A stretch of 58,605 nucleotides of DNA from an uncultured Pirellulales bacterium (lineage in GTDB: Bacteria; Planctomycetota; Phycisphaerae; Sedimentisphaerales; Anaerobacaceae), in NCBI GenBank assembly GCA_964597535.1, contig CAZQYB010000001.1, positions 1-58,605 on the forward strand, read 5' to 3'. Positions 37,073 to 48,400 of the stretch are shown here, one piece after another. The stretch's first letter is position 1. Every line of letters starts with the position of its first letter. Under the pieces are notes generated by a model, which was given only the letters and a program-made list of their open reading frames with translations, made no database searches and had not been told where the DNA came from. The position numbers and the translations under genes were made by a program.

Positions 37073-37600
37073 ATGGCAGCCGAAGAAGTTGATCTGGAAA
37101 AGTACATTCGCAGCATACCTGATTGGCCGAAGAAGGGAATTTTATTTCGTGACATCACGCCATTATTAGCTGACCGGAAGGCATTTGCAGCGGCAATAGG
37201 CGCTTTGTGCGCCGACTTTACAAAAACGGGGATTGAATATGTTGCTGCTGTGGAGGCCAGGGGCTTTATGTTCGGTGCGGCGGTTGCAAGAAAACTGGGA
37301 GTTGGTTTTGTACCCATAAGAAAGAAGGATAAGCTGCCTTTCAAAACTGAAAGTGTCACCTACAATTTGGAATACGGCACCGACACTTTAGAAGTGCATA
37401 GCGACGCCATAGAAAAAGGAGCGAATGTCTTAATGGTTGATGATTTGTTGGCGACGGGCGGAACAATGACGGCGGCGTGCGAGCTTATCGAAAAAATAGG
37501 CGGACAAATTGTGGGGATAGCATTTCTTATCGAGCTTAGCGAATTGGCCGGGCGGGGGAAATTGAGCGGATATAAGATTAAGACCGTCATCTCGTACTGA
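37073..37600 (+). CDS. apt: adenine phosphoribosyltransferase
   Basis: It has IPDWPKKGILFRDITPLL and the PRPP loop VLMVDDLLATGGT. Confidence 0.93.
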   Translation: MAAEEVDLEKYIRSIPDWPKKGILFRDITPLLADRKAFAAAIGALCADFTKTGIEYVAAVEARGFMFGAAVARKLGVGFVPIRKKDKLPFKTESVTYNLEYGTDTLEVHSDAIEKGANVLMVDDLLATGGTMTAACELIEKIGGQIVGIAFLIELSELAGRGKLSGYKIKTVISY

Positions 37601-37819
37601 CTGCTTTTTGGGCAGTGGTTTGTCACCGTTCAATTGATGGATTGATATTCTGTAAAAAATCGTTGCTCCGAGCGTCGGTCCCTGGCAGCTTTCGTTAGCC
37701 CCTTATCGGCAAAAATCTTAGATTATTTTTCAGCGACAACTATTTTAGGCGACAGAAAAATTTGCCGCACCACACCGTTTGATGACAGTTCTACCGCCGT
37801 TTTTCCAGCCGCTAATTCT

Positions 37820-39187
37820 CTACTTTATCGCCTCCCCTATCGCCCCATTTTCGCTTACTTCAGTCAGTTTCACCCTCACCAGCTCATTTTTTTTCAGTTT
37901 TTTCCGCGTTTTTTCAAGGCAGACCGTAAAATATCTTTCGCTTCGCCCGCATATCGCCCCGTTACTATTTTCCAGAAGCACCGTAGCTGTTTCACTGATA
38001 AATTTTTGGCGAAACTTTTTGCCCAGCGTAACGTCTAAATTATGCAGTATTTTTGACCGCTCTTTTATAACCCTATTATCTACAGCGTCTTGCATCGTTG
38101 CTGCTGCGGTGCCTTTACGTGGCGAAAAGCTGAAAACGTGCATTTTTGCAAAGTCGACCTCTTTTGCCACATCCACTGTTTGCTGAAAGTCAGCGTCCGT
38201 TTCACCGGGGAAGCCGACTATGACGTCGGTGGTTATGGCGGGTCTGTCCAGCCGTGATTTGATTAGTTCAACAGCCCCCATAAATTCGTCGATTTCGTAT
38301 TGCCGGCGCATCTTTTTCAGTATTTTGTTCGAGCCGGACTGAGACGATAAGTGCAGATGTGGCATAATGTTACGATATTTGCAGAAAGTACCGAGCAGTC
38401 GCGGCGTTACATCGGTCGGCTCCAGCGAGCTCAGTCTTATCCTTGCCAGGTCAGGGATTTTGGCCATTTTTTCGAGCAAATCGGCTAATTTGTCGTTTCG
38501 CGGCCCATCCCAGTTTTTTTGCCTGACGCTTGTTTGGCCGTAAGCACCGAGAAACACTCCTGTTACGACAATTTCCTTATGGCCTGCTTTTACAAGTGCG
38601 TGGGCCTCTTGCAGGGCCACTTCGGCTGGCTTGCTGCGAACATTAGGCCGTGTATGGGGTATGATACAATAGCTGCAGTATCCGTCGCAGCCGTCTTGAA
38701 TTTTTAGAAAAGCCCTGGTTTGGCCCTTGAATGCTGTTAATTGCGTAAGCTGCGGTTGGTTAACAAGCTTATTTTTGCGCTTGATTTTAGTAGCGTTTTT
38801 TGTTCTAATAGTATTTGAATATGGGTGCAGATGCTGGGCAGCAGCTTTGCCGTTGACTATCCGGCTCAATGTGGTGGCGAGCTCATCTTGGCTCCTGATG
38901 AGACGGACATTTTCACCCGGATTGTTTAGTTCGCCGATTTGCACGGTCGGCAGACAGCCGGAAACAACCACGACAGCTTCCGGGCTTAGTTTTTGTGCTT
39001 TTCGGATGTACTGTCGGCTCTTAGCTGATGCGGTGTGGGTAACGCAGCAGGTGTTGACAACAACCAAATCGGGCTTGCCGGTAGTTTCGACCTGGTGTAG
39101 TCCGAGTCGCTCAAGCAGCTCCCGAATCTGCTGGCTTTCGTATTGATTGACTTTGCAGCCAAGAGTATTTATGGCAAAAGTCTTCAT
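37820..39187 (-). CDS. mtaB: radical-SAM methylthiotransferase, MtaB-like (tRNA ms2t6A)
   Basis: It has MKTFAINTLGCKVNQYESQ (N-terminal UPF0004 Cys), the radical SAM motif CDGYCSYC and a C-terminal TRAM-like end. I prefer ATG 39187 to 39226. Confidence 0.8.
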   Translation of the reverse strand: MKTFAINTLGCKVNQYESQQIRELLERLGLHQVETTGKPDLVVVNTCCVTHTASAKSRQYIRKAQKLSPEAVVVVSGCLPTVQIGELNNPGENVRLIRSQDELATTLSRIVNGKAAAQHLHPYSNTIRTKNATKIKRKNKLVNQPQLTQLTAFKGQTRAFLKIQDGCDGYCSYCIIPHTRPNVRSKPAEVALQEAHALVKAGHKEIVVTGVFLGAYGQTSVRQKNWDGPRNDKLADLLEKMAKIPDLARIRLSSLEPTDVTPRLLGTFCKYRNIMPHLHLSSQSGSNKILKKMRRQYEIDEFMGAVELIKSRLDRPAITTDVIVGFPGETDADFQQTVDVAKEVDFAKMHVFSFSPRKGTAAATMQDAVDNRVIKERSKILHNLDVTLGKKFRQKFISETATVLLENSNGAICGRSERYFTVCLEKTRKKLKKNELVRVKLTEVSENGAIGEAIK

Positions 39188-39268
39188 AATATGATATAAT
39201 TTACAGTTGTTGAAGCGAACTGGCAAGATTATTCAGACCAGGTTTGGACCGTGGGCAGGAGGTCCGTT

Positions 39269-41527
39269 ATGATGTCAAAATTCAATGCAGTTTGGGCGAT
39301 AGATTTAGGCAATAATTCTCTAAAGGCACTGCATCTAAACATTGAGGGCGAGGTTGTCGAAGTTATCGGGTTCGACAATATTGAGCACGGCAAAATTCTT
39401 ACCGATAGCAGTGTAACAGCAGTGGAAAGAGACGAGTTGATTGCCTTGAGTTTGCGCCGGTTTGTCAAGCAGAACAATTTGGGTGGAGATGATATAGTTG
39501 TTTCTGTGCCGAGCCAGAACAGTTTTGCGCGGTTCGTGAATCTGCCGCCTGTTGACTCGAAGCGTATTCCTGAAATCGTCAGGTTCGAGGCCGCTCAGCA
39601 GATTCCTTTTGATATTGACGATGTGCAATGGGACTGGCAGTTGATGACGGGACCCGAAAGTCCCGAAAACAAGGTTGGTATTTTTGCCATAAAGAATGAC
39701 GTGGTCATCTCGGCGTTGGAGTATTTTGGCATAGAAAATATAACGGTCAGCTACGTTCAGATGGCGCCTATGGCATTGTATAATTATATGTTGTATGACC
39801 GTCCCGATTTAATTAGTTCCGAGAATCAGGGAGTCATTGTTCTTGACATAGGCGCGGAAAACAGCGACCTGGTTGTCTGCACGAAGTCAACAGTTTGGCA
39901 GAGAAGTATTCCTATGGGAGGTAATGCCTTTACGAGGGCGATAGCGAATGCGTTTAAGCTCAATTTCGAAAGGGCTGAAAAGCTGAAACGTACTGCGCCA
40001 ATGAGCAAATATGCCCGGCAGATATTCCAGGCGATGAGACCGGTTTTCACGGATTTGGCCTCTGAAATCCAGCGTTCGCTGGGCTTTTACAGCAGTTCCA
40101 ATCCCAGTACTAAATTGGTCAGGGCCGTTGCTTTTGGCGGAGGGACGAAGATGCGTGGCCTGCTCAAGTACCTGAGGCAGACATTGCAAATGCCTATCGA
40201 AAGGCCTGATTCGTTTAAGAACCTCGCGATAGGTTCGGGTGTCTCAACGGCGAAATTCCATGAGAATGTTTCAGATTTCGGTATTGTTTATGGCCTTGCT
40301 TTGCAGGGTTTAGGGCTGGCCAAGATACAAAGTAACCTTCTGCCGCGCAGTATTGCGCGGTCAATGGTGTGGGCAGCTAAAGCCAAGTACTTTACTGCTG
40401 CAGCGTGTGTGCTGCTTCTGGTTTCAGTTATGAGTTTTGGGCGAACGCTTTTCGACAAAGCCGGTTACGGTAAGCACGAAACAGATCGAACCAAAATCAC
40501 TGATGTTATCACCACAGGCAACAAAGCCATAAGCAGACTCAAAACCGTAAAAGCTAAGGGTGCAGACTCGAAAGCGAGGATACAAAAAGCGTTTGAACCT
40601 TTTAAGTATCGTGATGTGATACCACTGTTGTATCAGACTGTATTGTCGCAGTTGCCGAGCGAGAAAAACTGTTCCGAGCGGAGACAAAAGCAGCTTTACA
40701 GTGCTTTTGCTGCCGGTAACGTAGAAACGGTTTTGCAGACGCCCCGCAAAGAGCGAAAGCAGATATTTGTAACGAGTATGTCAGTTCGCTTTGTAGAAGA
40801 TGTTGAGGCGGCGGGCTTTGGTGCCACAAGTTTGCAGAGCGGGGTGAGTAGAAAAAAGGAAGGTAGAAAAGCGGGTGAATTGGATGAAAGGGCTTTACAG
40901 GAGTTGGGGATGTTTGGGCGTGGACCAGGCGCTGAGTATCAGAAAACGTTTTATCTTAAGGCGGGTGCGGAAGGTGACGTCTCAGAGGAAGCGAAGCCTG
41001 GATTTGTGGTAACTATGACAGGGTATAGTCCCTATAGAAACCTGGGTGAATTGATGGACCCCGCCCATGTGAAGGACCATCCAAACAGATGGGGAGTTAT
41101 TACTCGACTGATGCATCTTGATGATATTGTTGATGGGAACAGTCCGTTTGAGTTATATAATAAAACCAAACTTGAGCATTTTAAGTTGGAAATAAAACCT
41201 ATAGACATAGATGCTGAAATGCTTCTAGGGATAGGTGTTGTGGGTATGAAGCGTGCTGAAAGTGGAGAGCAGGTTTTGATTGACCCTATGACAAAGGAGA
41301 CTGTCAGTAAGGTTGCTGAGCTGGACGAGCAAGGGAAAAGAAAGCTGAACGGATTAGGCAACGTTGTTTACGAGGTCAATGACCATTGGTTTACGCTGAA
41401 TGCGAAATTTGTCTGGAAAGATGCGCCTAAACAGACTGTTGAAAAGACTGCGACCCCCACAGTGAAGCGTGTGGAAGTTGGATGGGGGGAAGGGGAGAAA
41501 ACGGGCGCCAAAAAAGCCCCAAAATAA
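39269..41527 (+). CDS. PilM-like actin-fold ATPase fused to a TM segment (PilN-like position) and a ~370-aa C-terminal domain of unknown function
   Basis: AGGAGG lies 6 nt before ATG 39269. It has WAIDLGNNSLKAL (phosphate-1-like), VLDIGAENSDLVV and AFGGGTKMRGLLKYL blocks as in PilM/FtsA-type proteins. The TM segment is YFTAAACVLLLVSVMSF, at about aa 390. Confidence 0.7.
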   Translation: MMSKFNAVWAIDLGNNSLKALHLNIEGEVVEVIGFDNIEHGKILTDSSVTAVERDELIALSLRRFVKQNNLGGDDIVVSVPSQNSFARFVNLPPVDSKRIPEIVRFEAAQQIPFDIDDVQWDWQLMTGPESPENKVGIFAIKNDVVISALEYFGIENITVSYVQMAPMALYNYMLYDRPDLISSENQGVIVLDIGAENSDLVVCTKSTVWQRSIPMGGNAFTRAIANAFKLNFERAEKLKRTAPMSKYARQIFQAMRPVFTDLASEIQRSLGFYSSSNPSTKLVRAVAFGGGTKMRGLLKYLRQTLQMPIERPDSFKNLAIGSGVSTAKFHENVSDFGIVYGLALQGLGLAKIQSNLLPRSIARSMVWAAKAKYFTAAACVLLLVSVMSFGRTLFDKAGYGKHETDRTKITDVITTGNKAISRLKTVKAKGADSKARIQKAFEPFKYRDVIPLLYQTVLSQLPSEKNCSERRQKQLYSAFAAGNVETVLQTPRKERKQIFVTSMSVRFVEDVEAAGFGATSLQSGVSRKKEGRKAGELDERALQELGMFGRGPGAEYQKTFYLKAGAEGDVSEEAKPGFVVTMTGYSPYRNLGELMDPAHVKDHPNRWGVITRLMHLDDIVDGNSPFELYNKTKLEHFKLEIKPIDIDAEMLLGIGVVGMKRAESGEQVLIDPMTKETVSKVAELDEQGKRKLNGLGNVVYEVNDHWFTLNAKFVWKDAPKQTVEKTATPTVKRVEVGWGEGEKTGAKKAPK

Positions 41528-41548
41528 AAATAGTTTGGCGAGTTAAAA

Positions 41549-42934
41549 ATGGATATTTCGAGATTTAAAGATGTTATACGGAGTGTTTTTAAGAATTATT
41601 CATCGCTGTTGGTGCCGGTGGTGATAGGGCTGGTTGCTTTGCTTGTTTTTGTACCTACCCAATTAATGAGCAGCAAGCTCAAGAAGCGGATAGTAGATGA
41701 AAGTATTATGAATAGGGGCAGGAAAATTCAGCGTTTAAGGCAAAGCGCCCACTCCCGCTATCAATATAAAGAGGAGCAAAAGTATCAGCAAGCTTACGAA
41801 AAGGATGCCAACGGGATAGACCTTTTAACCAAACAAAGCACTCAAAGGGAGTTATTAAGCTATGAGATATTTCCTGAGCCGAAAGATGTCTCTGCATTTA
41901 TTTTCGAGGATTTTGGTAAGCAGTACCGCGAGGTGGTACGCGGGCTGCTTGCTCGTGTAAACGCCCGTGATTGTCCCACAGATGCCGAGTTAGACAGGGG
42001 TTTGGAAGGATTGCCAATGTCCTCTCATGCGGCTCGGCTAAGTGGTAAAGGAACGTCACATTCGAAGCTCAGGGAGGCGAGAACTACGATAGTAGATGTT
42101 CTTTGCCGAGAGAAAGCGGAATCAGCTTCTGTTTATGCGAATCCATCCGGTCTGAGCGGATATAAATTCTGGGAAGAATACGAACCGACCAGTTGGGCGG
42201 ACGCTGTTAAGGATTGCTGGTATTGGCAATTAAGTTACTGGATTATCGAAGATATTATCGATACTATTGATACTTTGAACTCTAACTCTGGGTCGAACAG
42301 TGTGTTAACATCGCCGGTCAAACAGCTTGTGAGCGTCAGTTTCCCCACGAGCAGCACAAAACTGGCGGCCAGGGTTAGAGCCAGGTCCGCGGAAAAAGCG
42401 GCAGGTGAAAAGCCAAAATATGTTATTTCGGTTAAAGATGTGCTTACAAAGCCCTGCACGGGAAGGTTGTCCAATAAAGATATTGATGTTGTGCATTTTA
42501 ACGTTATTGTTGTGGTTAGTACGAGGGCGATTTTTCCGTTTATGCAGCAGATTTGCAGCGCCAAGCGGCATAAATTCAGGGGTTGGGACGGCGAGGCGCA
42601 AGAGCAGCTCTTCAGGCATAATCAGATAACGATTTTAGAAAGTAAGATTGAGTCGATAGACCAAGAAGATAGTGCTCACGAGCTGTATCGTTATGGCGAA
42701 GATGCTGTGGTAGAATTGAATTTAATTTGTGAATATGTCTTTGACAAAGCCGGCTACGATAAAGTTAAGCCAAAAGCCGTCAAAGAATCTATTAAAGAAT
42801 CACTGAAGAAGTTAGCAGATGAAGAGGCAAAAGCAGAAAGAATGAAAATGAGGAAAGAAAGAAAGAAGGCAATAACCGGAGGCAAAGCCGAAACAGGAAA
42901 GAAAACCAAGAGAACTTTGCCGGAGATACCTTAA
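41549..42934 (+). CDS. bitopic membrane protein, function unknown (461 aa)
   Basis: It starts 21 nt after the PilM-like gene. It has an N-terminal TM (LLVPVVIGLVALLVFVPTQLM) and a lysine-rich tail. I recognise no motif. Confidence 0.55.
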   Translation: MDISRFKDVIRSVFKNYSSLLVPVVIGLVALLVFVPTQLMSSKLKKRIVDESIMNRGRKIQRLRQSAHSRYQYKEEQKYQQAYEKDANGIDLLTKQSTQRELLSYEIFPEPKDVSAFIFEDFGKQYREVVRGLLARVNARDCPTDAELDRGLEGLPMSSHAARLSGKGTSHSKLREARTTIVDVLCREKAESASVYANPSGLSGYKFWEEYEPTSWADAVKDCWYWQLSYWIIEDIIDTIDTLNSNSGSNSVLTSPVKQLVSVSFPTSSTKLAARVRARSAEKAAGEKPKYVISVKDVLTKPCTGRLSNKDIDVVHFNVIVVVSTRAIFPFMQQICSAKRHKFRGWDGEAQEQLFRHNQITILESKIESIDQEDSAHELYRYGEDAVVELNLICEYVFDKAGYDKVKPKAVKESIKESLKKLADEEAKAERMKMRKERKKAITGGKAETGKKTKRTLPEIP

Positions 42935-43001
42935 TTGCTTCTTTTTCTGCAAACTCGGCGGTAAATGATTTTGTTCATAATATTCGAAGCGGGAATTTTG
43001 A

Positions 43002-45047
43002 ATGAGTAAAAAAGGCAGCAATTTTTTTGAAGAACATATTGAAAAGGTTGTTTTAATCGTTGTAGGATTTGTGTGTCTGTGGCTTTTCGTTACACATGCC
43101 CTTTTCAGTCCCAACAAAGTTCTATACGATAATAAGAAGCTTAGCCCCGGCAAGATTGATGTTCACATAAGGCATCAGTCTGAGATTTTGGAGTACGAGA
43201 AGCTGAACAGCAAGCCTGAGCCGAAACCTCTATATGAGCCAAAGCGTGGTGAATTCATTGCTATGCTGGACTCGTCGATACGGGATGTTGACATTAGCGT
43301 CCTTTGGCCACTGCCTGGTTGCAGTTCCACGCCCTTAAGTGATAATAGAAGATATCATCTTCCACAGGTTAGTAAAATCGGCAAGGCATCGGTCGAGCGC
43401 ATCAGAGCAGTGGCTTATGTGCCTACAAAAGAGATTAGCAGGGAAAACCTTTATAGCAGAGACAATTCTGAGCCTAATGATATAGATTTTGTTACTGTAG
43501 AATCGACGATTGATATTGCCGGCTTGTCAAATAATTTTCACCAAAGTTTTGCCGGCGAAAATGTTTCAAAAGAATGGCGTGACCCGTGCCTTGCGAATCC
43601 GGTTTTTGCCGCTGTGCAGTTGCAAAGACAAGAACTGCTTGCCGATGGCAGTTCGAGTGATTGGCAGACTGTGCCCCGAACCAGGATTGACCACCACGAA
43701 GAAATGTTTGAAATTATAGAAGAGGCAGAGGAACTGCCTCCCGGCGGGGTAAAGGTGCGTCTGCTTAACTTTGATAACAGGCAAGCGATGATGAATTTAT
43801 TGCAGCCGGAGGCTTATAGGATTGCCTCTGCAGAAGAAGAATGGTTTCCTCCTACCGTGCATAAGAAATATGCGAAGTACCAAAAAGAAGCAGAAGTGCA
43901 GGAGAAGCGTGAAGCCAAGGAGGCGGAAAAGAAGAAGCGTGAGCAGGAGCGTGAAAAACTACGCGAAGGACGTCTCGGCGCAAGGTCCAGAACAATGCTT
44001 AATCCGGGAAGGATTGGCAGAAGTTACGACGACGAAGATTCCAGAAGTACACGAGGGTCTTTTGGTAGCGCAAGAGCGCTACGTGAGGATAGAGGACTGA
44101 GAAGAAGACGCCCGATAACGGAGCGTAGGAGTGAGAAGTTTGAGACCAAGAAAAAAACTCCGGAAAAAACTAAAAAGGTTGTAAAGGTAACATCGATGAG
44201 TGATTTCTATGATGAATACAATAAGCTTTTGATTACCGAAACGACGGATATTGCCAAGATGCGTGAGCCACTGGCGTTCTGGGCGCACGATGATACCGTT
44301 GAGCCGGGCAGGAGCTATCGATACAGGGTCCGGTTAGGGGTTTTTAATCCAATAGCTGGAACGGACCAGGTCTGCGAGCAAGATAGGTTACAGAAGAACA
44401 ATGTTATCTTATGGAGCAATTTTTCTGACGAAACGGAAACTGTAAAAATCCCGGCAAAGCTGTACTTCTTCCCGCACAGGATACAGGAGGCTGCTGAGAT
44501 TGTATGGGTTAAAGTCTGCCGGTATGCTTTGGGTTACTGGTACAGTGAGGACTTTAGAGTCAAGCAGGGAGAAGTTATAGGTAAGGTCGAGGTTGTTAAG
44601 TCGGAAGAGGTAGATTTAGAAAGCGTTGAGCAGAAAGAGAAGAAGGTGAGTGTTACAATACCCGAAACGGTTGATTATTCTACCGGAGCGATTTACGTGG
44701 ATGCTGTGCTTGTGAATAATTGGGCCGGTGGAAAGAATATGCGTGCCAGGCGTTATTATAATATGCTTTACAGTTTTGACGGCGCCAATATAGAGCATAT
44801 GCCTATTGACCGAAGTTATTGGGGCCGGGAACTGCAAACTAAGTTTAGTGAAATCGAAGAGTTCGAAAAAAAGCAGAAAAAACCTTTGCGAGATTGGGGC
44901 GCCAGGCCAACCGAGCGCAAACGCGTTTCAAAAGCCACTAAAGGCAAAGCCGGGGAGGAGGAAACAGGGAGGCGAGACAGAGACAGAGACAGAGGAGAAA
45001 TGGAAGCATTTCAGAAGATGCTGCAGAAGAGGAGGGGCGGGCGTTAA
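43002..45047 (+). CDS. bitopic membrane protein with a central K/E/R-rich disordered segment, function unknown (681 aa)
   Basis: It has an N-terminal TM (VVLIVVGFVCLWLFVTHALF) and a highly charged region at about aa 290-390. I recognise no motif. Confidence 0.55.
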   Translation: MSKKGSNFFEEHIEKVVLIVVGFVCLWLFVTHALFSPNKVLYDNKKLSPGKIDVHIRHQSEILEYEKLNSKPEPKPLYEPKRGEFIAMLDSSIRDVDISVLWPLPGCSSTPLSDNRRYHLPQVSKIGKASVERIRAVAYVPTKEISRENLYSRDNSEPNDIDFVTVESTIDIAGLSNNFHQSFAGENVSKEWRDPCLANPVFAAVQLQRQELLADGSSSDWQTVPRTRIDHHEEMFEIIEEAEELPPGGVKVRLLNFDNRQAMMNLLQPEAYRIASAEEEWFPPTVHKKYAKYQKEAEVQEKREAKEAEKKKREQEREKLREGRLGARSRTMLNPGRIGRSYDDEDSRSTRGSFGSARALREDRGLRRRRPITERRSEKFETKKKTPEKTKKVVKVTSMSDFYDEYNKLLITETTDIAKMREPLAFWAHDDTVEPGRSYRYRVRLGVFNPIAGTDQVCEQDRLQKNNVILWSNFSDETETVKIPAKLYFFPHRIQEAAEIVWVKVCRYALGYWYSEDFRVKQGEVIGKVEVVKSEEVDLESVEQKEKKVSVTIPETVDYSTGAIYVDAVLVNNWAGGKNMRARRYYNMLYSFDGANIEHMPIDRSYWGRELQTKFSEIEEFEKKQKKPLRDWGARPTERKRVSKATKGKAGEEETGRRDRDRDRGEMEAFQKMLQKRRGGR

Positions 45048-45433
45048 TTGGTCCCGAATGCCGGTTTAAGCGAGCGCATATAAGAAGTGCTGCCCGAATT
45101 AGTTAAGTCTCTTGCTCACAATCGGCTGTCACGATAAACTCACCTGTGGTGTCAAGTCTTCAATATCTTCACAGGATTGACCATGCGCAATGGTTCTGAT
45201 TTGCCCATCGTCGGAGGCATGTTTGGTTTGGGTCGAGTTTCTAATCGGTGCAGAAACAATCACATCAGGAAGTTCCAACGGAGCGGACACAGTAAGCAGC
45301 CCAATCTCACAAGAAAAACAGTCTTAAATCCGCGCGAAAGCTGTTAGCAAAGATTTTACATAAGTTTTACTTTGTGCTGACGCTCTGATGATTGAGAATA
45401 GTAATATCCGAACATTTCGAAAGGAAAGTTGAA

Positions 45434-48400
45434 GTGAAGGCGTCAGAGAAGTTTTCGTTAGTAGTTGTTTTGTTAGTTCTTTTTGCAAGCCAGGCGTGTG
45501 AGGCCCAATCCGTGAGGCCAAGAGAGAGTCGTCACGATGAACGGTTGGCCTACGCCAGGTCTCTTGCCGAGCAGGGGAAAATAGATAAAGCAGTGCAGCA
45601 GTACCAGATGTACTATGCAGATAATCCCGAAAAGCACTTGGCGCTGCTTTGGATTTCAGAACTGTATGCCGCCAACCGGCACATTGCGGAGGCTATTGAA
45701 TTTGAGGAAAAGTTTCTTGTAAGTGGCGATGAGTACCTGACCAAGGGTGCGCATTTTGAAGATCACTATAACAGACTTCTTCGGCTGTGGGAGAATGCGG
45801 GGTGCAATGAGGCAGCCCGAGACCATTACCTTGTGATGCTTGAAGCAGCAGGTGCAAAACCCGCTGAAGTGATTGTGGCACGGCTGATGCTTGGCAATGT
45901 TGAAGACCGGGCTAAAAACATTGCTGGTGCACGGGAGCATTATCTGGCGACATTAGAAATGGTTTCGCCGGCGGAGGGTAAGTTTCAAAAGGTGGTGAAT
46001 CATGTTTTGCTGCGTGAGTTTGTGCAAAAACGCTGGCTTGATGATGCTTTGACGGCTTACCGGAATTGGCCTGATTACGGGTATGTGACGCAGTTGGGCG
46101 AATGGCTCAGGCGCGAGGGACGCGGCTTTGAGATGCTGGAGTTGTACGAGGATTACCTTATTTCTAAACGGGGTGAAATCACGGAAGCGGCGCGCGGGCC
46201 ACATTGGGACGGCTATCACGGCCGTCATGGTTTGGCAGGGCGAGTTATTGATGAGCTGGTGTCGCTGGGTCAAGGCGACTCGCTTATAAAGGAACTTGGA
46301 GTCGCAATTGCGGAGCAACCCAACAATGCCGAGTTGTATAAAAACCTTGGGCATTTGTTTTTCAAGATGAAGCGCTACGAAGAAGGACTGGGCGAGCTTG
46401 AGAATTATTCGGCAGTTTTGGAGAGGCCTTTAGTAAGCGACTACCAGTGGATTGGCGGTCTTTGCGAAGGGGCGGGAATGATTAACAAAGCCGTCGACTT
46501 TTATGAGAAAGCACGCGACACAGAAATAACGGACGAGGAAGTACGCAGGGATCTTATGGTGTCTGCAAGGTACATTCCAATGGAAGAGCGTAAGGCGGAT
46601 TTCAAGGCCCGCATCATCAAATCGTTGGGCGACCTTTACTTGAAGCAAGAACGATGGGCCGATGCGGAAGAATGTTTTAAGGAGATTGTGGATTTGGACC
46701 CGAGGTGGGGCAGGGAGGAAGTTCAGACGACGCTGGCGACGATTTGGGAACGGATGGGAAAAGAGAACGCGTTTGTTGAGGACTTGAAAAACGAGGTTGC
46801 CAAGGACCCGTGCGATGTGAAGTTGAGGGTCAGGTATGCAGAAACACTTTCGAGAGCAGGAAAGCCAAAGGAATCGATTGAGGAATATGAGCAAGCGGTG
46901 GAGTTAGCACCGGAGGATTTGTCGGTTCGGTTGAAGCTGGCAGAAGCGTTAGCTAGGAGCAAGCAAAATGAGAAAGCTATTGCCGAGTATAAGCAGGTAT
47001 TCTATGCGGCGTGCCAAAAGGGGAAAGATGAGTTTCGGCGGGGCAAAGGTGGAGATGAGACTGAGCCCTGGCGGGTTTTGCACAGACTAGCTGGGTTCTG
47101 TGAGCGGGCCGGTGAAAAAGACAAGCTGTTGGAAATCTACGAAGAAGCGCTTAAGCTGATGGATTCGCCCGATACCAAATGGAAGCCGGAGCCGTATGCA
47201 AAAGAGAGAATTCTCAGAAATATGGTCGATATACTTGAGGAAAAGCGCGAGTATGGCAGTATTATCGATTTGTGTCTGGCGTACCGCGGGGAGCTGAAAG
47301 ACCGTGCCAGACGTTTCATCCAGCGTTGCTTCAGATGCGTTGATTCGGTCAAACCATTTGTGGCAGAGCTGCAAGAAGAGACAAGAGCAGAGCCTAACGA
47401 CCACTGGGGGCGTTTTATTCTTGGGGATATGCTGGTTGCGGAAAACCGCGAAGATAAAGCTGTAAGAGTTTACAAGAAGCTCCTGACGGATGTTTCTGTT
47501 GGGAGCAGAATACATCAGAATCTTGGATACGTCTTTGAGCGTATGAAGCAGTATGATGTGGCTGTAGAGACCTGGAAGAAAGAATTGGCGAACACGGAAA
47601 AGGGGAGCAAGGCTTACGGGCGCTGGCTTGGACGGATCGGAGATACATATCTCAGGCTCGGGGACAGGGAAAAAGCGGCTGAGTCTTACCGGAAAGCGAT
47701 AAGCTGCGATTCTTCCGAAGCAGGGTATCAACTGGGTCTTTTCAAAGCGACCGATGGGAAAGAAGGCATCAGCAAGCTCGACACGGCGGTGGTGAAACCG
47801 GCTGAGGCGGTTGAAGATTTGGGTACTATGCGGAGGCGTGCGGCGTTACTGCTGGAGCACAAGAAGGATTATGTCGAGTCGATTAAGGCATATGAACAGA
47901 TTCTGGAACGAGCCCCAACAGATATTGAAAGCATGGTTCGTCTGGGCGAGGCGTACGAGAAGCTCGGCAAGGCCAACGATGCGGTCGGCCTCTATGAAAA
48001 GGCACTGAGGATGCGGGCTTGGTCCCGCGGTTCGGATTATGGCGCGTATGGTAATCTGGAGCGGATTTACAGGCAGAGGGGGGAGGACAAGAAGTTGATT
48101 GGGCTTTTCACCACTCGCGGCGACTACAATGGATTAAAGCATTTCTACAGAAATCGCAAAGAGCCGGAGAAGTACCACGAATATCTTGTGTCGCGGTCGA
48201 AGCAGAAACCTGGGGAGATAAAGCTTCGTTTCTACCTGGGCCGAAGTTACCTTGACCGAAAGGAAATGTCCGAGGCACGGGAGATATTTGAGAAGTTGAG
48301 GCTTGAGTTAGTTGGTGATGACGGCAAGGTCAGCGATGAAAGGAATGCGATACAATTAGCCGAAGCTTTTGAAAGACTTGGTGACTTTAAACACGGATTG

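Noticed and set aside
44974-44994. GAGACA/GACAGA microsatellite (encodes RDRDRDR) near the end of the 681-aa protein
   Set aside because: It has only about three units and lies in-frame inside a generally charged low-complexity tail. There is no evidence that it is a phase-variation tract.
45183-45326. 47-codon ORF in the 345-nt gap before the TPR gene
   Set aside because: It has no Shine-Dalgarno sequence and an arbitrary-looking composition. The gap more likely holds the promoter of the TPR gene.
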